From Eledone cirrhosa (lineage: Eukaryota), in contig OZ024743.1 of NCBI GenBank assembly GCA_964016885.1, positions 205,530,001-205,594,000 on the forward strand: a DNA stretch of 64,000 bases, in the 5' to 3' direction. Below, in pieces: positions 39,901-54,530 of this stretch. Below the pieces are notes generated by a model. That model was not told the DNA's origin, did not search any database, and saw only the letters and a program-made list of their open reading frames with translations. The stretch's first letter is position 1. Every line of letters begins with the position of its first letter. The position numbers were made by a program, and so were the translations under genes.

Positions 39901-42900
39901 TGGAAATTATCTCCCCTTGGACGGCTAGAAATTATCTCTCTTTGGACGGCTGGAAATAATCTCCCTTTGATTTTTTTTACAATTTATCTCCCTCTGATTT
40001 TTTTTACAAATCTCCCCCTGATTTTTTTAAGAAAATTATCTCCCCTTCGCTGGCTGGAAATTATCTCCCCTTGGACACTTGAAATTATATCCCCTTGGAG
40101 GGCTGGAAATTATCTTCCCTTGGACGGCTGGAAATTATCTCCCCTTGATTTTTTTTACAAATTATCTCCCCCTGATTTTTTTTACAAATTATCTGCCCCT
40201 GATTTTTTTTTACTAATTATCTCCGCCTGATTTTTTTTTAAATTATCTCTCCTTGGACGGCTGGAAATTATCTCCCCTTGATTTTTTTTTACAAATTATC
40301 TCCCCCTGATTTTTTTTTACAAATTATCTACCCCTGATTTTTTTTTACAAATTATCTCCCCCTGATTTTTTTTACAAATTATCTCCCCCTGATTTTTTTT
40401 TACAAATTATCTCCCCCTGATTTTTTTACAAATTATCTCCCCCTGATTTTTTTTTCAAATTATCTCCGCCTGATTTTTTTAAATATTATCTTCCCTTGGC
40501 TGGCGGGAAATTTTCTCCCCTTGGACGGCTGGAAATTATCTCCCCTTGGAAGGATGGAAATTATCTCCCCTTGGACGGCTGGAAATTATCTCCCCTTGCA
40601 CTGCTGGAAATTATCTCCCCTTGGACGGCTGGAAATTATCTCCCCTTGGCTGAAAATTATCTCCCCTTGGACGGCTAGAAATTATCTCTCTTTGGACGGC
40701 TGGAAATTATCTCCCCTTGATTTTTTTACAAATTATCTCCCCCTGATTTTTTTACAAATCTCCCAGTGTTTTTTTTTTTAAATTATCTCCCCTTCGCTGG
40801 CTGGAAATTATCTCCCCTTGGACGCTGGAAATTATAGCCCCTTGGAGGGCTGGAAATTATCTTCCCTTGGACGGCTGGAAATTATCTCCCCTTGATTTTT
40901 TTTACAAATTATCTCCCCCTGATTTTTTTTACAAATTATCTCCCCCTGATTTTTTTTTACAAATTATCTCCCCCTGATTTTTTTTACAACTTATCTCCGC
41001 CTGATTTTTTAAAAAAAATTATCTCCCCTTGGACGGCTAGAAATTACCTCTCCTTGGACGGCTGAAAATTATCTCCCCTTGGACGGCTGGACATTATCTC
41101 CCCTTGATTTTTTTTACAAATTATCTCCCCCTGATTTTTTTTTACAAATTATCTCCCCCTGATTTTTTTTACAAATTATCTCCCCCTGATTTTTTTTTAC
41201 AAATTATCTCCCCCTGATTTTTTTTACAAATTATATCCCCTTGGCTGGCTGGAAATTATCTCCCCTTGGAGGCTGGAATTTATCTCCCCTTGGACGGCTA
41301 GAAATTACCTCTCCTTGGACGGCTGGAAATTATGTCTCCTTGGACGGCTAGAAATTACCTCTCCTTGGACGGCTGAAAATTATCTCCCCTTGGACGGCTG
41401 GAAATTATCTCCCCTTGATTTTTTTTACAAATTATCTCCCCCTGATTTTTTTTTACAAATTATCTCCCCCTGATTTTTTTTACAAATTATCTCCCCCTGA
41501 TTTTTTTTTACAAATTATCTCCCCCTGATTTTTTTTACAAATTATATCCCCTTGGCTGGCTGGAAATTATCTCCCCTTGGAGGCTGGAATTTATCTCCCC
41601 TTGGACGGCTAGAAATTACCTCTCCTTGGACGGCTGGAAATTATGTCTCCTTGGACGGCTGGAAATTATCTCCCCTTGGACGGCTGGAAATTATCTCCCC
41701 TTGGACGACTGGAAATTATCTCCCCTTGGACGGCTAGATATTACCTCTCCTTGGACGGCTGGAAATTATCTGCCCTTGGACGGCTGGAAATTATCTCCCC
41801 TTGGACGGCTGGAAATTATTTCCCCTTGATTTTTTTTACAAATTATCTCCCGCTGATTTTTTTTTACAAATCTCCACCTAATTAAAAAAAAAATTATCTC
41901 CCCTTCGCTAGCTGGAAATTATCTTGCTTTGGACGGCTGGAAATTATAGCCGCTTGTAGGGCTGGAAATTATCTCCCCTTGGACGGCTGGAAATTATCTC
42001 CCCTTGATTTTTTTTACTAAGTATCTCACCCTGATTTTTTTTACAAGTTATCTCCGCCTGATTTTTAAAAAAAAATTATCTCCCCTTGGCTGGATGGAAA
42101 TTATCTCCCCTTGGACGGCTGGAAATTATCTTCCCTTGATTTCTTCTACAAATTATCTACCCCTGATTTTTTTTTTACAAATTATCTCTCCCTGATTTTT
42201 TTTTACAAATATCTCTCCTTGGCTGGCTGGAAATTATCTCCCCTTGGCTGGCTGGAAATTATCTCCCCCTGATATTTTTTTACAAATTAGCTCCCCCTGA
42301 TTTTTTTTACAAATTATCTCCCCCTGATTTTTTTCACAAATTATCTCCCCCTGATTTTTTTTACAAATTATCTCCCCTGATTTGAAAAAAAAAATTATCT
42401 CCCCTTGGACGGCTGGAAATTATCTCCCCTTGGACGGCTGGAAATTATCGCCCCCTGATTTTTTTTTTACAAATTATCTCCACCTGATTTTTTTTACAAA
42501 TCATCTCAGCCTGATTTTTTTAAATTATTATCTCCCTTGGCTTGCTGGAAATTATCTCCCCTTGGACGGCTATAAATTATCTCTCCTTCGACCGCTGGAA
42601 ATTATCTCCCCTTGATTTTTTTACAAATTATCTCCCCCTGATTTTTTTTTACCAATCAACCCCTGATTTAAAAACAAAAATTATCTCCCCTTCGCTGGCT
42701 GGAAATTATCTCCCCTTGGACGGCTGGAAATTATCTCCCCTTGATTTTTTTTACAAATTATCTACCCCTGATTTTTTTACAAATTATCTCCCCCTGATTT
42801 TTTTTACAAATTATCTCCCCCTGATTTTTTTTTTACAAATTATCTCCGCCTGATTTTTTTAAAATTATCTCCCCTTGGCTGGATGGAAATTATCTACACT

Positions 42901-43867
42901 TGGACGGCTGGAAATTATCTCCCCTTGGAAGGATGGAAATTATCTCCCCTTGGACGGCTGGAAATTATCTCCCCTTGCACGGCTGGAAATTATCTCCCCT
43001 TGGACGGCTAGAAATTACCTCTCCTTGGACGACTGAAAATTATCTTCCCTTGGACGGCTGGAAATTATGTCCACCTGATTTTTTTTTACAAATCATCTCC
43101 GCCTGATTTTTTTAAAAACTTATCTCCCTTGGCTTGCTGGAAATTATCTCCCCTTGGACGGCTATAAATTATCTCTCCTTCGACGGCTGGAAATTATCTC
43201 CCCTTGATTTTTTTACAAATTATCTCCCCCTGATTTTTTTTTAACAATCTACCCCTGATTTAAAAAAAAAATTATCTCTCCTTCGCTGGCTGGAAATTAT
43301 CTCCCCTTGGACGGCTGGAAATTATCTCCCCTTGATTTTTTTTACAAATTATCTACCCCTGATTTTTTTACAAATTATCTCCCCCTGATTTTTTTTTACA
43401 AATTATCTCCCCTTGATTTTTTTTTTTTACAAATTATCTCCGCCTGATTTTTTTAAAATTATCTCCCCTTGGCTGGATGGAAATTATCTCCCCTTGGACG
43501 GCTGGAAATTATCTCCCCTTGCACGGCTGGAAATTATCTTCCCTTGGACGGCTAGAAATTACCTCTCCTTGGACGGCTGAAAATTATCTCCCCTTGGACG
43601 GCTGGAAATTATCTCCCCCAGATTTTTTTTACAAATTATCTCCCCTTGCACGGCTGGAAATTATCTCCCCTTGGACGGCTGGAAATTATCTGCCCTTGAT
43701 TTTGTTTTTACAAATTATCTCCCCCTGATTTTTTTTACAAATTATCTCCACCTGATATTTTAAAAAATTATCTCCTCTTGGACGGCTGGAAATTATCTCC
43801 CCTTGGCTGGAAATTATCTCCCCTTGGACGGCTAGAAATTATCTCTCTTTGGACGGCTGGAAATTAT
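27997..43867 (+). repeat. Large higher-order repeat, copy 2 (~15.9 kb, compact form)
   Basis: The marker at 28107 recurs at 43978 (offset 15,871), and 27606..27857 matches 43477..43728 at the same offset. Variant order is collinear with copy 1, but the 2.9- and 5.2-kb duplications are missing. Confidence 0.85.
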
Positions 43868-46800
43868 CTCCCCTTGATTCTTTTTACAAATTATCTCCCC
43901 CTGATTTTTTTTACAAATCTCCCCCTAATTTAAAAAAAAATTATCTCCCCTTCGCTGGCTGGAAATTATCTCCCCTTGGACGCTGAAAATTATAGCCCCT
44001 TGGAGGCTGGAAATTATCTTCCCTTGGACGGCTGGAAATTATCTCCCCTTGATTTGTTTACAAATTATCTCCCCCTGATTTTTTTTTACAAATTATCTCC
44101 CCCTGATTTTTTTTTTACAAATTATCTCCCCTTGGACGGGTGGAAATTATCTCCCCTTGGACGGCTTGAAATTATCTCCCCTTGGACGGCTAGAAATTAC
44201 CTCTCCTTGGACGGCTGAAAATTATCTCCCCTTGATTTTTTTTACAAATTATCTCCCCCTGATTTTTTTTTTTACAAATTATCTCCCCCTGATTTTATTT
44301 TACATATTATCTACCCCTGATTTTTTTTTACAAATTATCTCCACCTGATCTTTTTTACAAATTATCTCCCCCTGATTTTTTTTTTACAAATTATCTCCCC
44401 CTGATTTTTTTACAAATTATCTCCCCCTAATTTATTTTACAAATTATCTCCGCCTGATTTTTTTAAATATTATCTTCCCTTGGCTGGCGGCAAATAATCT
44501 CCCCTTGGACGGCTGGAAATTATCTCCCCTTGGAAGGATGGAAATTATCTTCCCTTGGACGGCTGGAAATTATCTCCCCTTGCACGGCTGGAAATTATCT
44601 CACCTTGGACGGCTGGAAATTATCTCCCCTTGGCTGGAAATTATCTCCCCTTGGATGGCTAGAAATTATCTCTCTTTGGACGGCTGGAAATTATCTCCCC
44701 TTGATTTTTTTTACAAATTATCTCCCCCTGATTTTTTTACAAATCTCCCAGTGATTTTTAAAAAAAAATTATCTCGCTTTCGCTGGCTGGAAATTATCTC
44801 CCCTTGGACGCTGGAAATTATAGCCCCTTGGAGGGCTGGAAATTATCTTCCCTTGGACGGCTGGAAATTATCTCCCCTTGATTTTTTTTACATATTATCT
44901 CCCCCTGATTTTTTTTACAACTTATCTCCGCCTGATTTTTTTAAAAAAATTATCTCCCCTTGGACGGCTGGAAATTATCTCCCCTTGGACGGCTGGAAAT
45001 TATCTCTCCTTGGACGGCTAGAAATTACCTCTCCTTGGACGGCTGAAAATTATCTCCCCTTGGACGGCTGGAAATTATCTCCCCTTGATTTTTTTTACAA
45101 ATTATCTCCCCCTGATTTTTTTTTACAAATTATCTCCCCCTGATTTTTTTTACAAATTATATTCCCTTGGCTGGCTGGAAATTATCTCCCCTTGGAGGCT
45201 GGAATTTATCTCCCCTTGGACGGCTAGAAATTACCTCTCCTTGGACGGCTGGAAATTATGTCTCCTTGGACGGCTGGAAATTATCTCCCCTTGGACGGCT
45301 GGAAATTATCTCCCCTTGGACGGCTGGAAATTATCTCCCCTTGATTTTGTATACAAATTATCTCCCCCTGATATTTTTTTACAAATTATCTGCCCCTGAT
45401 TGTTTTTTACAAATTAGCTCCGCCTGATTTTTTTTAAAAATTATCTCCCCTTGGACGGCTGGAAATTATCTCCCCTTGGACGGCTGGAAATTATCTCCCC
45501 TTGAACGGCTAGAAATTACCTGTCCTTGGACGGCTGAAAATTATCTCCCCTTGGACGGCTGGAAATTATCTCCCCTTGATTTTTTACAAATTATCTCCCC
45601 CTGATTTTTTTTACAAATTATCTCCCCCTGATTTTTTTTTACAAATTATCTACCCCTGATTTTTTTTACAAATCTCCTAGTGATTTTTTTAAAAAAATTA
45701 TCTCCCCTTCGCTGGCTGGAAATTATCTCCCCTTGGACGCTGGAAATTATAGCTCCTTGGAGGGCTGGAAGTTATCTTTCCTTGGAGGGCTGGAATTTAT
45801 CTTCCCTTGGACGGCTGGAAATTATCTCCCCTTGATTTTTTTTACAAATTATCTCCCCCTGATTTTTTTTTACAAATTATCTCCCCCTGATTTTTTTTTT
45901 ACAAATTATCTCCGCCTGATTTTTTTAAAAATTATCTCCCCTTGGACGGCTGGAAATTATCTCCCCTTGGACGGCTGGAAATTATCTCCCCTTGGACGGC
46001 TAGAAATTACCTCTCCTTGGACGGCTTAAAATTATCTCCCCTTGATTTTTTTTTACAAATTATCTACCCCTGATTTTTTTTTCCAAATTATCTACGCCTG
46101 ATTTTTTTTTCCAAATTATCTCCCCCTGATTTTTTTTTACAAATTATCTCCCCCTGTTTTTTTTTACAAATTATTTCCCCCTGATTATTTTACAAATTAT
46201 CTCCGCCTGATTTTTTTAATTATCTTCCCTTGGCTGGCGGGAAATTATCTCCCCTTGGACGCCTGGAAATTATCTCCCCTTGGAAGGATGGAAATTATCT
46301 CCCCTTGGACGGCTGGAAATTATCTGCACTTGATTTTGTTTTTACAAATTATCTTCCCCTGATTTTTTTTACAAATTATCTCCACCTGATTTTTTAAAAA
46401 ATTATCTCTCCTTGGACGGCTGGAAATTATCTCCCCTTGGCTGGAAATTATCTCCCCTTGGACGGCTAGAAATTATCTCTCTTTGGACGGCTGGAAATTA
46501 TCTCCCCTTGATTTTTTTACAAATTATCTCCCCCAGATTTTTTTTACAAATCTCCCAGTGATTTTTTTAAAAAAATTATCTCCCCTTCGCTGGCTGGAAA
46601 TTATCTCCCCTTGGACGCTGGAAATTATAGCCCCTTGGAGGGCTGGAAGTTATCTTCGCTTCGAGGGCTGGAAATTATCTTCCCTTGGACGGCTAGAAAT
46701 TATCTCCCCTTGATTTTTTTTACAAATTATCTCCCCCTGATTTTTTTTTTACAAATTATCTCCGCCTGATTTTTTTTTAAAATTATCTCCCCTTGGACGG

Positions 46801-49800
46801 CTGGAAATTATCTCCCCTTGGACGGCAGGAAATTATCTCCCCTTGGACGGCTAGAAATTACGTCTCCTTGGACGGCTGAAAATTATCTCCCCTTGGACGG
46901 CTGGAAATTATCTCCCCTTGATTTTTTTTTACAAATTGTCTCCCCCTGATTTTTTTTTACAAATTATCTACCCCTGATTTTTTTTTACAAATTATCTCCC
47001 CCTTATTTTTTTTACAAATTATCTCCCCCTGATTTTTTTTTACAAATCATCTCCCCCTGATTTTTTTTACAAATCTCCCCCTAATTTAAAAAAAAATTAT
47101 CTCCCCTTCGCTGGCTGGAAATTATCTCCCTTTGGACGGCTGGAAATTATAGCTGCTTGTAGGGCTGGAAATTATCTCCCCTTGGACGGCTGGAAATTAT
47201 CTCCCCTTGATTTTTTTTACTAATTATCTCCCCCTGATTTTTTTTTACAAATATCTCCCCTTGGCTGCCTGGAAATTATCTCCCCTTGGCAGGCTGGAAA
47301 TGATCTCCCCTTGGACGGCTGGAAATTATCTCCCCTTGAACGGCTGGAAATTATCTCCCCTTGGACGGCTGGAAATTATCTCCCCTTGGACGGCTGGAAA
47401 TTATCTCCCCTTGGACGGCTAGAAATTACCTCTCCTTGGACGGCTGGATATTATCTCCCCTTGGACGGCTGGAAATTATCTCCCCTTGGACGGCTGGAAA
47501 TTATTTCCCCTTGATTTTTTTTACAAATCATCTCCCCCTGATTTTTTTTACAAATCTCCCCCTAATTTAAAAAAAAATTATCTCCCCTTCGCTGGCTGGA
47601 AATTATCTCCCTTTGGACGGCTGGAAATTATAGCTGCTTGTAGGGCTGGAAATTATCTCCCCTTGGACGGCTGGAAATTATCTCCCCTTGATTTTTTTTA
47701 CTAATTATCTCCCCCTGATTTTTTTTTACAAATATCTCCCCTTGGCTGCCTGGAAATTATCTCCCCTTGGCAGGCTGGAAATGATCTCCCCTTGGACGGC
47801 TGGAAATTATCTCCCCTTGGACGCCTAGAAATTACCTCTCCTTGGACAGCTGTAAATTATCTCCCCTTGGACGGCTGGAAATTATCTCGCCTTGGACGGC
47901 TGGAAATTATCTCCCCTTGATTTTGTATACAAATTATCTCCCCCTGATTTTTTTTTACAAATTATCTGCCCCTGATTATTTTTTTACAAATTAGCTCCGC
48001 CTGATTTTTTTTTTAAATTATCTCCCCTTGGACGGCTGGAAATTATCTCCCCTTGGACGGCTGGAAATTATCTCCCCTTGAACGGCTAGAAATTACCTCT
48101 CCTTGGACGGCTGAAAATTATCTCCCCTTGGACGGCTGGAAATTATCGCCCCCTGATTTTTTTTAACAAATTATCTCCACCTGATTTTTTTTACAAATCA
48201 TCTCCGCCTGATTTTTTTAAGAAATTATCTCCCTTGGCTTGCTGGAAATTATCTTCCCTTGGACGGCTAGAAATTACCTCTCCTTGGACGGCTGGAAATT
48301 ATGTCTCCTTGGACGGCTGGAAATTATCTCCCCTTGGACGGCTGGAAATTATCTCCCCTTGGACGGCTGGAAATTATCTCCCCTTGAACGGCTAGATATT
48401 ACCTCTCCTTGGACGGCTGGAAATTATCTGCCCTTGGACGGCTGGAAATTATCTCCCCTTGGACGGCTGGAAATTATTTCCCCTTGATTTTTTTTACAGA
48501 TTATCTCCCCCTGATTTTTTTTTACAAATCTCCCCCTAATTTAAAAAAAAATTATCTCCCCTTCGCTGGCTGGAAATTATCTTCCTTTGGACGGCTGGAA
48601 ATTATAGCCGCTTGTAGGGCTGGAAATTATCTCCCCTTGGCTGGATGGAAATTATCTCCCCTTGGACGGCTGGAAATTATCTCCCCTTGATTTCTTCTAC
48701 AAAGTATCTACCCCTGATTTTTTTTTTACAAATTATTTCTCCCTGATTTTTTTTTACAAATATCTCCCCTTGGCTGGCTGGAAATTACCTCCCCTTGGCT
48801 GGCTGGAAATTATCTCCCCCTGATATTTTTTTACAAATTAGCTCCCCCTGATTTTTTTTTACAAATTATCTCCCCCTGATTTTTTTTTACCAATCTACCC
48901 CTGATTTAAAAAAAAAATTATCTCCCCTTCGCTGGCTGGAAATTATCTCCCCTTGGACGGCTGGAAATTATCTCCCCTTGGAAGGATGGAAATTATCTCC
49001 CCTTGGACGGCTGGAAATTATCTCCCCTTGCACGGCTGGAAATTATCTCCCCTTGGACGGCTAGAAATTACCTCTCCTTGGACGGCTGAAAATTATCTCC
49101 CCTTGGACGGCTGGAAATTATCTCCCCCTGATTTTTTTTAAAAATTATCTCCCCTTGCACGGCTGGAAATTATCTCCCCTTGGACGGCTGGAAATTATCT
49201 CCCCTTGGCTGGAAATTATCTCCCCTTCGCTGGCTGGAAATTATCTCCCCTTGGACGCTGGAAATTATAGCCCCTTGGAGGCTGGAAATTATCTTCCCTT
49301 GGACGGCTGGAAATTATCTCCCCTTGATTTTTTTTACAAATTATCTCCCCCTGATTTTTTTTTACAAATTATCTCCCCCTGATTTTTTTTTTACAAATTA
49401 TCTCCGCCTGATTTTTTTTTAAAAATTATCTCCCCTTGGACGGCTGGAAATTATCTCCCCTTGGACGGCTGGAAATTATCTCCCCTTGGACGGCTAGAAT
49501 TTACCTCTCCTTGGACGGCTGAAAATTATCTCCCCTTGATTTTTTTTACAAATTATCTCCCCCTGATTTTTTTTTTTACAAATTATCTCCCCCTGATTTT
49601 ATTTTACATATTATCTACCCCTGATTTTTTTTTACAAATTATCTCCGCCTGATTTTTTTACAAATTATCTCCCCCTGATTTTTTTACAAATTATCTCCCC
49701 CTGATTTATTTTACAAATTATCTCCGCCTGATTTTTTTAAATATTATCTTCCCTTGGCTGGCGGGAAATAATCTCCCCTTGGACGGCTGGAAATTATCTC

Positions 49801-52759
49801 CCCTTGGAAGGATGGAAATTATCTCCCCTTGGACGGCTGGAAATTATCTCCCCTTGCACGGCTGGAAATTATCTCCCCTTGGACGGCTAGAAATTATCTC
49901 TCTTTGGACGGCTGGAAATTATCTCCCCTTGATTTTTTTTACAAATTATCTCCCCCTGATTTTTTTTACAAATCTCCCAGTGATTTTTAAAAAAAAATAA
50001 TCTCCCTTTCGCTGGCTGGAAATTATCTCCCCTTGGACGCTGGAAATTAAAGCCCCTTGGAGGGCTGGAAATTATCTTCCCTCGGACGGCTGGAAATTAT
50101 CTCCCCTTGATTTTTTTTATATATTATCTCCCCCTGATTTTTTTTTACAAATTATCTCCCCGATTTTTTTCTACAAATTATCTCCCCCTGATTTTTTTTT
50201 TACAAATTATCTCCGCCTGATTTTTAAAAAAAAATTATCTCCCCTTGGACGGCTGGAAATTATCTCCCCTTGAACGGCTGGAAATTATCTCCCCTTGGAC
50301 GGCTGGAAATTATTTCCCCTTGATTTTTTTTACAAATTATCTCCCCCTGATTTTTTTTACAAATCTCCCCCTAATTTAAAAATAAATTATCTCCCCTTCG
50401 CTGGCTGGAAATTATCTCCCTTTGGACGGCTCGAAATTATAGCTGCTTGTAGGGCTGGAAATTATCTCCCCTTGGACGGCTGGAAATTATCTCCCCTTGA
50501 TTTTTTTTACTAATTATCTCCCCCTGATTTTTTTTTACAAATTATCTCCGCCTGATTTTTTTTTTTAAATTATCTCCCTGGATGGAAATGTTCTCCCCTT
50601 GGACGGCTGGAAATTATCTCCCCTTTATGTCTTCTACAAATTATCTACCCCTGATTTTTTTTTTACAAATTATCTCTCCCTGATTTTTTTTACAAATATC
50701 TCGCCTAGGCTGGCTGGAAATTATCTCCCCTTGGCTGACTGGAAATTATCTCCCCTTGGACGGCTGGAAATTATCTCCCCTTGGACGCCTAGAAATTACC
50801 TCTCCTTGGACAGCTGTAAATTATCTCCCCTTGGACGGCTGTAAATTATCTCCCCTTGGACGGCTGGAAATTATCTCCCCTTGATTTTGTATACAAATTA
50901 TCTCCCCCTGATTTTTTTTTACAAATTATCTGCCCCTGATTATTTTTTTACAAATTAGCAACGCCTGATTTTTTAAAAAAATTATCTCCCCTTGGACGGC
51001 TGGAAATTATCTCCCCTTGGACGGCTGGAAATTATCTCCCCTTGAACGGCTAGAAATTACCTCTCTTTGGACGGCTGAAAATTATCTCCCCTTGGACGGC
51101 TGGAAATTATCTCCCCTTGAATTTTTTACAAATTATCTCCCCCTTATTTTTTTTTACAAATTATCTCCCCCTGATTTTTTTTTACAAATTATCTACCCCT
51201 GATTTTTTTTCCAGATTATCTCCCCCTGATTTTTTTTTACAAATTATCTCCCCCTGTTTTTTTTTACAAATTATTTCCCCCTGATTTTTTTACAAATTAT
51301 CTCCCCCTGATTTTTTTTACAAATTATCTCCGCCTGATTTTTTTAAATATTATCTTCCCTTGGCTGGCGGGAAATTATCTCCCCTTGGACGCCTGGAAAT
51401 TATCTCCCCTTGGAAGGATGGAAATTATCTCCCCTTGGACGGCTGGAAATTATCTCCCCTTGCACTGCTGGAAATTATCTCCCCTTGGACGGCTGGAAAT
51501 TATCTGCCCTTGATTTTGTTTTTACAAATTATCTTCCCCTGATTTTTTTTACAAATTATCTCCACCTGATTTTTTAAAAAATTATCTCCCCTTGGACGGC
51601 TGGAAATTATCTCCCCTTGGCTGGAAATTATCTCCCCTTGGACGGCTAGAAATTATCTCTCTTTGGACGGCTGTAAATTATCTCCCCTTGATTTTTTTTA
51701 CAAATTATCTCCCCCTGATTTTTTTTACAAATCTCCCAGTGATTTTTTAAAAAAATTATCTCCCCTTCGCTGGCTGGAAATTATCTCCCCTTGGACGCTG
51801 GAAATTATAGCCCCTTGGAGGGCTGGAAGTTATCTTCCCTTGGAGGGCTGGAAATTATCTTCCCTTGGACGGCTGGAAATTATCTCCCCTTGATTTTTTT
51901 TACAAATTATCTCCCACTGATTTTTTTTTACAAATTATCTCCCCCTGATTTTTTTTTTACAAATTATCTCCGCCTGATTTTTTTTAAAAATTATCTCCCC
52001 TTGGACGGCTGGAAATTATCTCCCCTTGGACGGCTGGAAATTATATCCCCTTGGACGGCTAGAAATTACCTCTCCTTGGACGGCTGAAAATTATCTCCCC
52101 TTGGACGGCTGGAAATTATCTCCCCTTGATTTTTTTTACAAATTATCTCCCCCTGATTTTTTTTACAAATTATCTACCCCTGATTTTTTTTTACAAATTA
52201 TCTCCCCCTGATTTTTTTTTACAAATTATCTCCCCCTGATTTTTTTACAAATTATCTCCCCTTGGCTGGCTGGAAATTATCTCCCCTTGGAGGCTGGAAT
52301 TTATCTCCCCTTGGAGGGCTGGAAATTATCTCCCCTTGGACGGCTAGAAATTACCTCTCCTTGGACGGCTGGAAATTATCTCCCCTTGAACGGCTGGAAA
52401 TTATTTCCCCTTGGACGGCTGGAAATTATCTCCCCTTGAACGGCTGGAAATTATCTCCCCTTGGACGGCTAGAAATTACCTCTCCTTGGACGGCTGGAAA
52501 TTATCTCCCCTTGGACGGCTGGAAATTATCTCCCCTTGGACGGCTGGAAATTATTTCCCCTTGATTTTTTTTACAAATTATCTCTCCCTGATTTTTTTTA
52601 CAAATATCCCCCTAATTTAAAAAAAAATTATCTCCCCTTCGCTGGCTGGAAATTATCTCCCTTTGGACGGCTGGAAATTATAGCTGCTTGTCGGGCTAGA
52701 AATTATCTCCCCTTGGACGGCTGGAAATTATCTCCCCTTGATTTTTTTTACTAATTATC

Positions 52760-54530
52760 TACCCCTGATTTTTTTTTACAAATTATCTCCGCCTGATTTT
52801 TTTTTTAAAATTATCTCCCCTTGGCTGGATGGAAATTTTCTCCCTTTGGACGGCTGGAAATTATCTCCCCTTGATGTCTTCTACAAATTATCTACCCCTG
52901 ATTTTTTTTTTACAAATCTTCTCTCCCTGATTTTTTTTACAAATATCTCCCCTTGGCTGGCTGGAAATTATCTCCCCTTGGCTGGCTGGAAATTATCTCC
53001 CCTTGGACGGCTGGAAATTATCTCCCCTTGGACGCCTAGAAATTACCTCTCCTTGGACAGCTGTAAATTATCTCCCCTTGGACGGCTGGAAATTCTCTCG
53101 CCTTGGACGGCTGGAAATTATCTCCCCTTGGACGGCTATAAATTATCTCTCCTTCGACGGCTGGAAATTATCTCCCCTTGATTTTTTTACAAATTATCTC
53201 CCCCTGATTTTTTTTTACCAATCTACCCCTGATTTAAAAAAAAAATTATCTCCTCTTCGCTAGCTGGAAATTATCTCCCCTTGGACGGCTGGAAATTATC
53301 TCCCCTTGATTTATTTTACAAATTATCTACCCTGATTTTTTTACAAATTATCTCCCCCTGATTTTGAAATTATCTCCCCTTGATTTTTTTTACTAATTAT
53401 CTCCCCCTGATTTTTTTTTACAAATATCTCCCCTTGGCTGCCTGGAAATTATCTCCCCTTGGCAGGCTGGAAATGATCTCCCCTTGGACGGCTGGAAATT
53501 ATCTCCTCTTGGACGCCTAGAAATTACCTCTCCTTGGACAGCTGTAAATTATCTCCCCTTGGACGGCTGGAAATTATCTCGCCTTGGACGGCTGGAAATT
53601 ATCTCCCCTTGATTTTGTATACAAATTATCTCCCCCTGATTTTTTTTTACAAATTATCTGCCCCTGATTATTTTTTTACAAATTAGCTCCGCCTGATTTT
53701 TTTTTAAAATTATCTCCCCTTGGACGGCTGGAAATTATCTCCCCTTGGACGGCTGGAAATTATCTCCCCTTGAACGGCTAGAAATTACCTCTCCTTGGAC
53801 GGCTGAAAATTATCTCCCCTTGGACGGCTGGAAATTATCGCCCCCTGATTTTTTTTAACAAATTATCTCCCCCTGATTTTTTTTTTTACAAATTATCTCC
53901 CCCTGATTTTATTTTACATATTATCTACCCCTGATTTTTTTTTACAAATTATCTCCGCCTGATTTTTTTTTTAAAATTATCTCCCCTTGGCTGGATGGAA
54001 ATTTTCTCCCCTTGGACGGCTGGAAATTATCTCCCCTTGATGTCTTCTACAAATTATCTACCCCTGATTTTTTTTTTACAAATCTTCTCTCCCTGATTTT
54101 TTTTACAAATATCTCCCCTTGGCTAGCTGGAAATTATCTCCCCTTGGCTGGCTGGAAATTATCTCCCCTTGGACGGCTGGAAATTATCTCCCCTTGGACG
54201 CCTAGAAATTACCTCTCCTTGGACAGCTGTAAATTATCTCCCCTTGGACGGCTGGAAATTCTCTCGCCTTGGACGGCTGGAAATTATCTCCCCTTGGACG
54301 GCTATAAATTATCTCTCCTTCGACGGCTGGAAATTATCTCCCCTTGATTTTTTTACAAATTATCTCCCCCTGATTTTTTTTTACCAATCTACCCCTGATT
54401 TAAAAAAAAAATTATCTCCTCTTCGCTAGCTGGAAATTATCTCCCCTTGGACGGCTGGAAATTATCTCCCCTTGATTTATTTTACAAATTATCTACCCTG
54501 ATTTTTTTACAAATTATCTCCCCCTGATTT
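52760..54530 (+). repeat. Direct duplication at 1,166 bp spacing (~0.6 kb block)
   Basis: 53003/54169 are identical in translation. Shared rare variants include AAATCTTCTCT, CTCTTCGCTAGC and GATTTATTTTAC. Confidence 0.8.
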
